NCBI GenBank assembly: GCA_964658305.1
Contig: OZ210885.1
Location: 2,728,001 to 2,792,000 of the forward strand
Direction: 5' to 3'
DNA from: Leptogorgia sarmentosa
Lineage: Eukaryota
Length of the DNA stretch: 64,000 nucleotides
The position numbers were made by a program, and so were the translations under genes. Numbering within the stretch: position 1 is the stretch's first letter; each line of letters starts with the position of its first letter. Under the pieces are notes generated by a model. The model was given only the letters and a program-made list of their open reading frames with translations. It was not told the origin of the DNA and made no database searches. Shown in pieces: positions 25,601-45,884 of the stretch.

Positions 25601-28600
25601 CAGGGTGTCTCAAAAAAAAGGTAATCGAACTTTGGCATGCCATTGTGCGTTAATTACTGGGTGTACGAACGTGATTTTTGCATGGTCATAAAGATCAAGG
25701 TCTTAGCAGTTGAATGACATATTTCTTGTACGATATGGAAGAAAATCAGGCAAATGCGAGCGTGTTGAAAAATCTCGGTGAAAAACGCATTCTTTCACCT
25801 CTGTGCCTAATTAAAGCAGTGCATAACAAAAGAAAAATGCAATTCATATCACGAATGTGTCATGGTAACAAAGATTTTATCAGGATTATTAGTAATTATG
25901 CATAATCAGGTCGATTGTTGAAGGGAAGGTCGTCATCTTCGAGTCCCAGAGGGAGTTAATTTTGAATAAGTTTAGCTGCAATTCTCAGAGGTGAAAGAAT
26001 GCGTTTTTCACCGAGATTTTTCAACACGCTCGCATTTGCCTGATTTTCTTCCATATCGTACAACAAATATGTCATTCAACTGCTAAGACCTTGATCTTTA
26101 TGACCATGCAAAAATCACGTTCGTACACCCAGTAATTAACGCACAATGGCATGCCAAAGTTCGATTACCTTTTTTTTGAGACACCCTGTAGTACCGTCAC
26201 GTACCTTTTCATCGATGCAATGTCACCCATTTGAGAATTTTGTTATGTCAGGATACATTATTAAATTGTTCGAACGTATTTATATCTTTAGCGTAAACTA
26301 CTAAAATTCGCTGAAAATTTAGAAAGGAAACATCGATAGAACCAATGCGAAAAGTTCGTACGCGCCAGCGCAGAATTCAGTCAGCAACATACTTTGACCC
26401 TACCGCGCATGCGATAAGATTCCAAGAATCTTGGAATGTTCAACGTATTTTACCAGGGTCACTTCTCCTCGCCACGGCCAGGACCACAGTGACCCTGGGG
26501 CCGAGGTTGCCCCTCATAGTCGTCCTGCGGCATTGTCTTTGATTTCGAGATATCATCCATAACTACCTGATTTCTGCTCGACCTTCTCGTTTACTGCCAG
26601 GAGCTTGTCAAATGCTGAGTTGTCTTCTGAATTTTCGTCAAAATTTTCTATGGTAAAATGAATTTTAAAGTGAATTTTAAATCAAACCTAATCCAACAAT
26701 AAGGAAGATGTAATTTCATTACATGTTACATCTTCCATCGTCCTATTAAGAGAAAAACTATATGCCAACTAGGAAAACAGTATATGCGTTTATACTAAAC
26801 AGATTATTTCAAAATCATGATAAAATCGCTGCATTTCACTTACCATTTTCAACATTTTCATAAATTTCTGACATGGGGAAGCCTAAAATCGGGAAGATTA
26901 CAAAATTATCGCGTCTTCTGTCCTCAATTATGCAAACAATATACTGTTACACATTAAAATTCAGAGCACACGTTACTTGAAAATGTGCTTTTATAAGCGC
27001 ATGCATTTTCTGGAAAACTTGCCAAACAATTATTGTATAATAGTTTAATGTGGGCGTAGGCAGAACGTGATAATCGGTATTTTGCCGTTGTAAACAGAGT
27101 AACGACGTCGTATAAAACTGCCGCGGTATTTCAATCGCCAAAGCTGCTCATTTTCTTTCATTGATATGATATAAATAACTGACCAAGTTTCATCTTCATC
27201 TTGCTTATTAAAGTTCTTAATGAGTGTTTTTCTTTACTTACACTTATTAAAAAAGAGTGTTCTATATTTTACACTAAACAGGTGTTTATTTACACTCTCA
27301 CAGTTTACATAATTATTATGTTACCTCCCCCCATGCATTTGTGTACGTTTACACCAAAATAAGTGTCAGCAAGGTATTTTCATACTTTACACTAAAGCAA
27401 TGTTATTTCTACACTACACATTGGAGGCGATGTTGCGATGTTTTTGCTGATGTAAAATGTTAACGATTTTCGTTGAAACGTTAACGGCAAAACAAACGGT
27501 AAACGAACGGATAGCAAACGCTTTGTATAAACGTTTCAACGATCTTTCAAAACGTTCGAACGATATCGGCAAAAAAATTTAACGGAAAATCCCAAAAATT
27601 TTAACGGTTTGAAAAACGTTTTCGTGAAGCCGTTCAAACTATATATTTTGAAACGTTTATCGACACAGTCGAACGCTTTTTTTTGTGTGCAAGCGTTAAA
27701 AACTTAAGAATTGCAAATGGCAACATCATTGCCACAAAATTTAGCTTTATAACTCCAATCTGAGACAGAAGCTATATGTGTAGGATATACATATGCTACA
27801 ACGCGGCATTAATCATATACTCGCGAATTTATATCGAAAATGTATATTGATTTTTGTGTTTATAAGCTAAATACAAGGTCTGTGATATACGAAACCCATA
27901 CAATGTGTTTGTTACCAGACACGCCGTGGTTGGTTCAAAAACAGTTTCAGACCAATATAAAATTGAGTAAAAATCAATGAAACAATTAAGGCGCCGCGAG
28001 CATATAATCATACAAATAAAAATGTTGATCACATTAATGACCGCAATAAAATCAAGTCCGAATTTGAAACATGCAAGATGGTGATCATCATGTGTATATG
28101 ATCGAGTAAGCACCGTGTATTATGATTAAAGCACCGCGTATAATTATGTAAGCACAGAATAAAATAACATTTGATCACTTAAGACAGCTATGGCTTTCCA
28201 AAGTTGTTGCATGAATATTTTGGTCATTATACTATACGGATTGTTCGGCGTTGACATATTTTGTACAAACCCAACTATAATTGAACTCGGTTATCTCGAA
28301 TCTTGCGTTATCTCGCGAACTGAAAGCCAGTTCCGTTGAAACTCATAGTACATTTATATCAACCCTCACTATGTCGAACTCCCGCTATCTCCAATAAATT
28401 TTTGTTGCCCTTGAGAGTTCGAGATAGCGGGATTATACTGTATATGCATACAGAACTTAATATAGGTTGATATGCCAACACCAAGCAAAATTAAAACTTC
28501 GTTGCAGTGAAATATCTGTGTTAATTAAGAAGACCAGTGCTGACATCTATAGAGCAGATCTAATTAGCTCTTACTAATATGTAGTGATGTAGCAGAAAGG

Positions 28601-30485
28601 CAATGAGATACAACGCAAATATCTACAAATTTGGCAAAAGGCGCGTATCTTTTATTTGAATTTCATGAAAGACAGTAAAAGGTATAGGGGTTTTTAGCCT
28701 TCGACCTTTGCATTTGAAAAACAAGCCAGAGGCTCTTCGCTGTATATAAACACGAAATGTTAGAATTTTCGAATGAGATACTATCAAACCTAAATGGTGT
28801 AGTTTTACCTGAAAGAAGAGAAATCACCTATTTCATACATACTTCACCAGATGCCACGATATAGCTACGATTCACAATCGCTGTTTTCCGTGCTTTGTCA
28901 GACGTATAAATCGGGCCTCAGAGAATGAATGATTCCGGTAGGTTATATAACTGTATCCGACGTGTTATGCGACGCGCATGCATGACTGAGAAATCATGAC
29001 TTACTCAGGTAATAATATTTTTTATATACCTTCTGTCCACTATCAAAATAAACTGTTTTTAAATATCGTGTACATGCAATCAAATTCATCACATTGTAAT
29101 CATCCTTAACTTAAATATCTACACAGTGGGTAAACTTGGTGACTAGAAAGCCACATAATTATTTCCACACATATTATAGCGACATACTATTTTATACATG
29201 CAAGGTGACACATATTCTGGAAAGATCCAACAAGTCGCTCATTTACAAGTTTGTATCACCGCGCTGGTCAGCCGTTGAACAAAGACCTCAACGGGTAGTA
29301 CCCAATATTTCTCAATTGAGAACACGGGTAATGCCTACGCTGGACTATCGCCTAAGATTGATGGTCGGCGTTTCAGTATTACTCTTGATATAGTTATATT
29401 AGTGTTAGATATAAACCATTTTTCTATATACTAAGAGTTTCCTTAATCCCAACCCAAACCCTAGAATCCTAACCCTGACGATTGTGGTCGGAAAAATATT
29501 GAGGAAAAAAATGTTTTAATCACTAACGCTGAGAAAATGTGTCGAACTGGGGCTTGAACTATAGAACTGCAACGCACGCACCGCGCCCCTTACCACTTGA
29601 GCTAAATCGAGCTCGCTGCTCACCACTCTGGCTTAGCTAAATGCATATGAGTATAAACCCGGGCAATCACTGTTCATTAATTACCAGGCCAGGCTACTTA
29701 GACGATAGTCCAGCGTGGGCATTACCCATGTTCTCAATTGAGAAATATCGGGTACTATCCGTTGAGGTCTTTGTTTAACGGGTGCGCTGGTAGCTTGAGC
29801 GCAGATACATGTACATTTTGTGTACTTTTGATGTTGTCACAACCCTGCCAGATTTTCAGTATGCAGGGTAATTTTAAATCCCTCATCAGAGACACTTGTC
29901 ATTAGAATCGTTTCAGATTAAATACATCTACGAACGAACACATCAATAAAGTAACTTTACATGTAAGTCGCATGCAATAAACTGCAAGATATAAATATTT
30001 GGATCTGAGATCTCTGGCTTGTCCTCGCAAGCAAATTCCATAGATAAAAAATTCTCAGTTGGAATAGTCTGTAAAGTGTGTTGCCTGTAAACATAAATTT
30101 TGGGAATATAGGGCTCAGTTCATTCCACATTAAGAATCTCGCGAAACCTAAACCGCTTTTAAGATTTTTCATCCGCTTAAAAATTGTCGGAAACTTTTGG
30201 GACGCAGAAACCTATGATATATGAACATACAAAAGAACGGACGGCTTGCCGTTTAATTAGATCTCTACAGGCTATACCTGTCAAAGAAAGGGGCCCCAAT
30301 CAGTTGCCAAAATCGGCCCGACCGCAAATCACTGTTTGTAGCTAAACGTATGGCTTTCAGCAAGCTATAACATTTTGCCAATTTCGAAAGCTACGCTAAA
30401 TTATTTTCAAAAGTTCTATCTTACCTTCACTGCCGGGCAAAAACCCAAGACAGAATAACAGAAGTAAGATTGATGCAAACTTCAT
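19693..30485 (-). CDS. Astacin-family (M12A) zinc metalloprotease A with Gly/Thr linker and C-terminal ShKT/PLAC-like domain, 342 aa, 8 exons
   Basis: Exons 30485-30425, 26647-26567, 24736-24581, 23634-23496, 23371-23280, 22724-22641, 21843-21556 and 19820-19693; all GT-AG and phase-consistent, 1029 nt in total. Signal [20 protein letters not shown]; propeptide FEGDI and RKR|GAA cleavage site; zinc motif [19 protein letters not shown]; Met-turn SLMQY; tail [38 protein letters not shown]. Confidence 0.9.
21556..21632 (-). repeat. Coding hexamer repeat encoding a (GT)n Gly/Thr linker
   Basis: GGC ACA/GGG ACT units encode [27 protein letters not shown]; the paralog at 38.9 kb has only GSTGGTG. 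Confidence 0.85.
25601..26188. mobile_element. Tc1/mariner-type MITE in astacin A intron 2
   Basis: TA-CAGGGTGTCTCAAAAAAAAGG...CCTTTTTTTTGAGACACCCTG-TA with near-perfect ~200-bp TIRs, suggesting a recent insertion. Confidence 0.88.
28277..28443. mobile_element. Degenerate Tc1/pogo-like MITE
   Basis: tataattgaactcggttatctcgaa...ttcgagatagcgggattatactgta, an imperfect TIR pair ending in ACTG-TA. Confidence 0.45.
29269..29784. mobile_element. MITE with ~80-bp TIRs, CA...TG ends and 7-bp TSD (P-superfamily-like), astacin A intron 1
   Basis: TSD cgctggt (29262-29268, 29785-29791); TIR cagccgttgaacaaagacctcaacggg.../...ccgttgaggtctttgtttaacgggtg. Same family as 44417-44931. Confidence 0.82.
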
Positions 30486-30551
30486 GACCACAGCGATCCT
30501 TCGTACTTCACTTCCAAAGCGATTTGAACTTTTCAGTCTTTCTTTGCCCGA

Positions 30552-30558
30552 TTTTATA
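30552..30558 (-). promoter_or_regulatory. TATA box of astacin A
   Basis: TATAAAA about 70 bp upstream of the ATG at 30485; position conserved among the copies. Confidence 0.55.
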
Positions 30559-31321
30559 TTCTTCCTTTGTTTACCTTTTTATCATTTTGTGATAAACAGG
30601 AACATTTTATCCCTGCATGTTGTCCTGACAGTTTAATCAGTGTGGTAGATTTATCAAATAAACACTTAGCTACACTTATTTAAGTACACTTACTCCATAG
30701 CAAAGATTCTTTGCACACATTATTTTTTTGTGTTTGACTTGGCTATTGTCAACGAGATGATTGCGATAAAGCTATGACACATTAAAATAAATTTTAAAGA
30801 TAAAACAAAATTGCACAATAGCTACTTTTATTCTTTTATTGCTTTAAGCGGTGTGTAAAAGCTTTACAAACTTAGGGGGTCGTCTCGCACGAAAGATCGA
30901 AATCTATACCTGCGTAATTACAAAAAGATATCGTTAAAGAATCTTAATAATAGTTGAAACTAAAATTCTAATTATCTTGGACAGTTCAACTTTCAAGAGT
31001 ATTAGGTAGGAACATCGTATCTTATTGTGAATTCAGATAATGAGTAACACATTAGCTACTTGTTGGTGCCCAATTACGATAAGCTAGATCACGATTTTCT
31101 AAGGAGTTGAAGGACTTGCGTCGTTAATGAGATAAAATTTACATTTGCATCCCATAGAAGACCGGAAACAATCTTTCTCTGTTTGCTTCTTTATCACCTC
31201 TGCATGTACAAAAGATAAAAAGTTTTCTCTGTATCCTTTCGCCAGTCACGAAAATATATAGATATATACATATATATAAAGCGTGTGAAAGCTTTCTGAA
31301 CTTTAGAGGTTTAAAATAGCA

Positions 31322-31676
31322 TTGAAATTTAAAAATAGATTGTTGCGAAATATTTTAATTGGAATTATCGGGTTTAAAATCGTAAAAGCATGTAGTTAAA
31401 AATGCCCTGAAGCAATAGCAATTACTATTGCTTCAGGGCATTTTTAACTACATGCTTTTACGATTTTAAACACGATAATTCCAATTATAATATAAGTAGG
31501 ATAAAAGCTGCAACGTGATTGGCTAATGAGCGTGCATTATAACAGCGTAATGCACGCATCTAGCTTTTAAATTTCTCCCAACATTTCCCTCGTGCATTAT
31601 AACAGCATAATGGCACGCGACTCGTTATCTATTTCTTAATTAAAATATTTGGCAACAATCTATTTTTAAATTTCAA
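31322..31676. repeat. Fold-back hairpin centred near 31420
   Basis: ...catgtagttaaaaatgccctgaagcaatag-caatta-ctattgcttcagggcatttttaactacatg...; the right arm is interrupted by ~145 bp of another repeat. Confidence 0.8.
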
Positions 31677-32237
31677 CTATTTATTTCAGGCGTTATTATT
31701 TCATCCACTTGCAAATTATCTGGATAATTCCATAAAGATTGTGATCGATAAGATCACGTTTTGCTTATCCACCTTTTAGGCTAAACGCCTTTGGTACAAC
31801 CGGGCCCTGAATATCTACTGGATTGGACAGAATAATAATGGTTGGCGGTAATTTTTGTAGTTGCGGAGTTGGAGGACTGCTGTCTACAACACGATTTAAA
31901 AGTTGAGGACTGCTGTCTACAACACCGAATTTAAAGCTTGCTATGCTAACAATCGCAAGAATGACCTGAGTTTTTTGTTTGAGCTCATGGGCATTAAGTT
32001 TGAGCTCATTTGGCATGCAGGTCACCATGGCGAGAAATAATGGATATGATTGCGAAATTGTAATGGCCGTGGAATGTTAATTAGCCGCGTTCACTCGCAC
32101 GCAATGTATTGCAATTAAGTCTTATTTTGCACCGAAAGATGACTAAGTACTTGGTCTCCTGTCTCAGCCTGTTTTAAAATGTATTCAACTTAATTCTTTG
32201 GGTTTTCTCGGTTAATTAAAGCGATGATCTCGTTGTT

Positions 32238-32845
32238 ATTGTGATGTTACTCAGAGTATCCACACCGGGCAAGCTGAAAAATTAGCCTGGCCTTGGTGGG
32301 AATCGAACCCACGACCTTTGGTTTGCTAGTTTCCACAATAACATTCTGCACCTGAGCTAGTACATCACAACATCATGAATATTTGTATTATATTAGAAAA
32401 CTTACAGATATTGAAGGAACTAGTGAGTTCCAAAATATCATATAAATGCGAACTGACTTGACCTGGTAGCTCAGTTGGTGGAGCATTGGACTAGCAAACC
32501 AAAGGTCGCGGGTTCCATTCCCTCCGAGGCAAGGCTAATTTTTAAGACTGCCCGCGGTGTGGATATATAAGGACTAGAAAATATTTTCCATGTTTACAAC
32601 GAGTTTTGTAAACACGAGTGCAAGTTTGGGAGAACGAGAAATATGTGGAAAGAGTTTTTTATTAATTTAATTTAATAACACGATGACAAAAGCGGAATAA
32701 CGCGATAGCGAGAAGCAGCGGGAAATAGCTGTGTTTACATAATCTCACACCAACACTGCTGTTAGCCAATCACGCGCGCGCAATCCTTATCACTTACTTC
32801 CGGTTATTTTATAAATACTCAGAGTAACATCACAATAATATTCTG
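32238..32845. mobile_element. tRNA-derived (Ala-AGC-like) SINE-like unit present as an inverted pair
   Basis: Plus-strand head gacctggtagctcagttggtggagcattggactagcaaaccaaaggtcgcgggttccattccctccgaggc (~32460-32530) has A- and B-box-like motifs. Its reverse complement, including the same tail, is at ~32238-32330. Confidence 0.65.
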
Positions 32846-32914
32846 CACATCACAACATCATCAACATTCGGATGCTCTCGTTATTTGTGATAGGTCCATC
32901 ACCGTTGGAAAGCT

Positions 32915-33757
32915 ATTAGATTAGATTAGATTAGATTAGATTAGATTAGATTAGATTAGAGACTTTATTTCAAGAGGGTAACACTTGACATTAATAAAAA
33001 TGATAAACCTGTGTCCCTCCATATTCCTAATTACAAAATATACACACAGTGAACTATACTGAATAGACAATGCTAAGACTATTTACATTAAGTAGGTAAT
33101 TATACTCATGTTATATTTACATTATATTAAGAATATTTAGGATAGAATAAGTCAAAGAGCTAAAAAGTCGGTGCTAAACCGTTTATTCGTTTATAAACTA
33201 AGGTACAACGGTTTATGTGCGCCTCGATGTAAAATGGCAGCCAACCGAGCGTGTTAAACAGATCCACAGAGCAGGCTTTACGATCAGCATCCAGTATTAC
33301 TCTTGCAGCTCGTTTTTGCAATTTGAGCTCTCTTTGTAGATCATCTTGTTTACAGGAGCACCATACAGTACTACCATAGAGTAAAACAGGTTTGATTATT
33401 GCAGAGTAATAATCTCACGTTGTTTTTGTTTCAAATATGGACATATATGGCGAAGAAGACCAATGCGTTTCGATAACTTCTTGCATAGCTCATCGATTTG
33501 GGTGGTAAATGACAGGTCTTGATCCAAGCTAACACCAAGTAGTTTGTAACTGAGTACTTGATCAATTACAGCGTCATTTAGTTTAGCATCTATAGAGATG
33601 AAAGAGGTGTTGGTGTTATTTCAAATGCGTTTACCAGCGATTGCCATTGACTTTGTTTTTGACGTGTTTATAACCATGCCATTTTCATTACACCATCTCT
33701 CTAGGCAGATCAAATCTTGGTTTATCATTCGATATAATACATTCGCTATTAATAATA
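32915..33757 (-). mobile_element. 5'-truncated, degenerate CR1/L2-type LINE with (TCTAA)n tail (second family)
   Basis: Minus-strand remnant peptide ...KLLGVSLDQDLSF...KLSKRIGLLR...KPVLLYGSTVW...LQKRAARVIL...LGWLP; nine ttaga units at 32916-32960. The empty site (gaaagcta|catctttctac) is seen at ~12975-12992. Confidence 0.85.
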
Positions 33758-36483
33758 CATCTTTCTACAATTTACCCATTTCTAACATTCAAAAACGACT
33801 ATGGTTCAAGAAGAAAGACAACACCGTGATTTCAGCGTGAAAGCAACTCATAATTAACTTGTTCTTGAAATCGATTGAAACAGCTCGAAGATGGCCGAGA
33901 TATACCTCAAAATATGCTTTGAATTTCGCCCGAAAAGAGCTATTTTATCATTTCTTACTGTTGTCTAATGTATAAGCCATGAATATTTTCAATCAAAAAA
34001 CGGGTGAATGATGTCTTTCTGAGCAAATCGCCTGCAATATTTGTAAACGTTATGCATCGTTAGCTAGATTTTGTAAAAATTGAAACAGACACTTTTCCTT
34101 AAGAGGCAGATTTCGGGAAGTAATTTATCGGTTTTATCATTCGGTTATTCATGTAATTCTTGTCTCACATTTTCACTCAAAATATTTCCAAGTGAACGTA
34201 CGTTGAGCGCATGCGTGTTCGTTATTTTTCGGCATGCAGTTTATCAGATAAAAAAGTACATTAGCTCTCCATGGCAAAGAATTTCTCTTCAATCGCATAA
34301 AAATCAGGAACATTTTAATCTGAACTTTTTGCGTTACTGTTTTAGTGATGAAGACGGGAAGACAGATTAATCAGCGTGGTAGATTTAGCTATCAGATAAA
34401 CACCTATACTTGTATTATAGCAAAGATTCTTTGCACACATTAATTTTTTGTGCTTGACTTGGCTATTGTCAACGAGATGATGGCGATAAAGCTATGACAC
34501 ACTAAAACAGATTTTAAAGATAAAACAAGATTGCACAATATTCTTATTCTTTCATTGCTATAAATATGGGTGTTGTAAAAGCTTTACAAACTTAGGGGGT
34601 CGTCTCGCACGAAAGATCGAAATCTATACCTGCGTAATTACGCAGGTATACAATACGTAATAAAGCGTGTGAAAGCTTTATGAACTTTAGAAGGTTTAAA
34701 ATAGTTATTGTTATTGCTTCAGGACATTTTTAAAATACATGCTTTTAATTACGATTTTAAACACGATAATTTGAATTAAAATATTTCGCAACAATCTATT
34801 TTTAAATTTCAATTATTTATTTCAGGCGTTATTATTTCACCCACCTGCATATTATATGGTAATTCCATAAAGATTGTTATACGATTTTTTTCACTAGTGA
34901 AAATTTATCTTATGAGCATTTTGCTTGATTGACACTTTCTTGTCTCCACCTGTTCGCAAGGTAGCTGCTAGTTTAAACATGGAGTCTGTCTTTGCGAACT
35001 GATTTAATTGGGGAAGAGATTTATGAAATTTCATTAATAAATCAGGGGTATATGGGGGCCTCCCTTTTCTGGTCAACTTCGGGGGATTGAGCCCGCATTT
35101 AGCAAGCGTTGTTGCTATGATAGGTCAAACCCACAATAGCATGATGAGATAAGTAACAAGTAAGTAAAATTGGAAGGAAATCCATATTCGTGCTGCGAGA
35201 TTTGAGCTAGCAGGGCAAAGCCAGTGGAGATGTAGCGTATGTAAACGGTTCACATTTTCTCCAGGTAAGATCCAGGCCAGGTACGGGAAAAAAATCACTG
35301 TGGTGTAAACGCGGCTATTGAAACGCTTCCACATGCAAACAATCACAATTACTCTTTCAAAACATCTCTTCCACCACGCACCCTAACATTTATTTGCCTC
35401 AAGCAACATTGGCAATACATTGAAAACTATCCAGTTGTAACACAAATATGGCCAAATCAACCACAAAAATAGGCACGCACGATGCGTGCATGCGTCTACG
35501 TTGATGTCTTCCATTTGAAACTCGCCGTATGATCAGTATAATACAATCTGAAAATATGTGACGCATTTGAACTTCGTAGCTTTGAACTTCGTTTTAACAC
35601 GATTCCAGTAAGATTCGATGTTTTGTGTGTGGACGCCTGTTAATTTGAATTTGTTTCGAAAATGGAATGTTAAAAAATAAAAATGTCACAGTTAATCCAC
35701 AACACAATAAATTATTTCAATGTCTTTCAAACAATAACAATATATAGGTGTGAGTAGAACGCGCTTTGTCAAAACTCTACACTAAATTTTGTTTTAAAAC
35801 CCTTGTATCGCATCAACAACCATGAAAGAAAATACTTCCGATTCCTCAACACACAGTAGTGACAGTACATGAAAACCCCGTTTAGAAATCGCTTTACAAA
35901 GCTTGGAAATTAGACCTTCGAACGAACAACGTTAGAACAACGCACACGGCACACTTGCGATTTGCGAAACACGCCACAGTAAATCGCATACGTCACGAGT
36001 TAATTTGCTGAAAGTTCGATACATCATCGGTAGAGATAACAACGTTTGAGTGTTAGTGTTTACCTTGAGAGCTCGTGACGTCAAAATACGTCATATTCGT
36101 GGGACAAACACAGTCTGTCTGCCTGCCAGAAATTTTACGCTTACATAGCCTCTACGTTGCTTAGCAACGTAGACGCAAAAATGACACAATCAAGTGTTCC
36201 GTTCACCATCACTGACAAAATGAGCTGAGGTGTCACGTGATTATTTTGATCAGGTATAAGAAATGTTTGTATAAAGGGACAGGCAGAAGCTAAATGGTTG
36301 GATTTTTTTCCATTAATATTTTTCCTGCAAAGAGTTGATTTCTTAGATTAAATACCAAAAATAGTGGTATGAGTGGTTCTTAAACTGCAAAAAACTGATT
36401 TTATTTGGAGCTTTGTTATTGAACAAGACGCTGTATGAGCATTAAACTGTAGCCAGTAAGGTAACGAAATTCATAGTCATTAA

Positions 36484-37523
36484 AGGTGGGTTACAGTCCC
36501 TTCTGCGCATGTGCGCTGAGTTTGTTATGAGTAGGCTACTCATGTTACAATCATAACAAGTTCCCAGTCCTACAGAGTAATAACAACACGCGCGGCCGCC
36601 TAATGTTTTCGCTGTCGTGGGCTGCAAGGAGCGATGGCTGATCCAGGCGCGTCGGGTTCCGCAGAAAAACCCTTCAAATACTAAGCGCAAGAAAAGAGAC
36701 GCAACTAAGATATTTTTATTCGAAGCTTTCGAGAGGTGGAGAGCGTTCAAACAAGAACGCAACGTGAAGACTGACCAGAATGTGGCAGATTTTCTGCTCG
36801 ATAATTACGCACGGAGAAACACGTTATGGTGAGTGTGTTGATAATATAACTAAACCTTTGACCTTTTATGATGATTTTACGCTTTAATAATGTACTTCCC
36901 TTTACATATTTTATATGTATTCGGTGTGGAATCCAGTCGTTTCGCCCCCAAGTCGATTCGCCCCAAGTCGTTTCGCCCCCAAGTCATTACATGTCAATTT
37001 GTATTTGTAAGAATACCCCAAAACTTATTCAATATTCGTTAAAGCTTTTTAGCAAAATATATGAATTACGAATAGGGGTTGATTGTTCTTGTGAAGACAA
37101 AGGCCAAAAGCGTAAAATCATCATAAAAGGTCGAAGGTTTAGTTATATTATCAACACGCTCACCATAACGTGTTTCTCCGTCCGTATTAAATGATCGAGC
37201 AGAAAATCTGCCACATTCTGGTCAGTCTTCAGGCTGTGTTCTTGTTTGAACGCTCTCCACCGCCCGAAAGATGCGTCTCTTTTCTTGTCATATACCTTTC
37301 TAGCGTCAGATATGCAACGACGCTTAGTATTTGAAGGTTTTTTGCGGAACTTGACGCGCCTGGATCAGCCATCGCTCCTGGCAGCCCACGACAGCGAAAA
37401 CATTTAGGCGGCCGCGCGTGTTGTTATTACTCTGTAGGACTGGGAACTTGTTATGATTGTAACATGAGTAGCCTACTCATAACAAACTCAGCGCACATGC
37501 GCAGAAGGGACTGTAACCCACCT
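36484..37523. mobile_element. Kolobok-like non-autonomous DNA transposon
   Basis: TTAA-AGGTGGGTTACAGTCCC...GGGACTGTAACCCACCT-TTAA: TTAA TSD, RR...YY ends and long (~300 bp) TIRs. Confidence 0.8.
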
Positions 37524-37618
37524 TTAACTTTAAAATCTTCTTGTCCTATAGTGTCTATGTTATATACTGGTGTTTCGTTAAATCAAGCAGTAGAACGAAT
37601 TTCACATAAGAATTGAAG

Positions 37619-37624
37619 TTTATT
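37619..37624 (-). terminator. Probable polyadenylation signal of astacin B
   Basis: AATAAA on the minus strand about 290 bp after the stop codon, inside a block conserved with the peroxidase 3' end (50485-50490). Confidence 0.5.
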
Positions 37625-37911
37625 GAATACTAAATGAATACACAAAATACATCAATTATAATATGATTGAGGACGTTTACTATATGTAGTTATAAGCATG
37701 CATCTTATTTACTTTTCACATTTAATTACTTTATATGTATCTTATTCAAATTAAAAATTATTATATTGAATGCAATAGGGCCTAAACAATGAACGACATT
37801 CTGCTTGTCATATTATTATTAAGTTTCTAGTTTTATCCAGTTTTAATATTAGCTATGTTTAAAATAATAATGACCAAATTAGAAAACAAAAAGTACAGTA
37901 AAGTTTTTAAC

Positions 37912-45257
<7,346 letters not shown>

Positions 45258-45580
45258 AATTTATTTTATTAGCAGTGATCTTTCGCGCTTTCCTTCCAAA
45301 ACGATTTAAACTTTTCAGCGTTGTCTGCCCTTCTTATACTCTTTCTTTCTTTGCTTTCTTGGCAGTTTTTCAAAAGGACGAGCAGTTTTTCTGCATGTTT
45401 TCCGGCAAAGCAGAACTTACTTCAAGTCACGATTTTTGGTGCATGATTAGGCGGCCTCTTAAGCGGCCAACGTCAATACTTGACTTGCAATTCTATAAAA
45501 AATCCTTTCTCTCTTTCATGTTTAGAAATTCAAACAAACTTGATCTACGATACAAAGGGGCATGAATCAGAATTATTTCC
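45258..45580 (-). promoter_or_regulatory. 5'UTR and promoter of astacin B
   Basis: TATAAGA at 45332-45338. Blocks cagtttttctgcatgttttccggca, aaagc.gaacttactt and gcatgaatcagaatt are shared with the peroxidase promoter at 56524-56815. Confidence 0.6.
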
Positions 45581-45884
45581 TTGAAAACTATTGATGAAAA
45601 TACAGCTGTATATACGTATATGCAATCGATCAGGGGTCGGTTGCTCGAAAGCTCGATAGCGCCATCCGTCAGATGGCGATTTTTCCAAGGTCCCAAAGCA
45701 ACCTGTTAAGCGAGCTGATTTAGATCAAATTTCGACATTTTAAAATATCTTTTTCTATTGCACATATCTGCAATTTTATAGCTTTTTTGAACCTTTTTAC
45801 TGCTGTTGAAAATCACTATCCAGTGAATAATGTTTTATTCGACTTGCGAGCGACCGCTCCTAGAAGAGTTTATTTTTGTTAAAT

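Noticed and set aside
32460..32532. Functional tRNA-Ala gene
   Set aside because: The T-loop is mutated (gttccattc), pairing is imperfect, and it is embedded in a repeat with a SINE-like tail and an inverted partner.
36617..36832. 71-aa basic ORF inside the Kolobok-like element
   Set aside because: It lies in the TIR region and is mirrored on the other arm; no transposase motif is recognisable.
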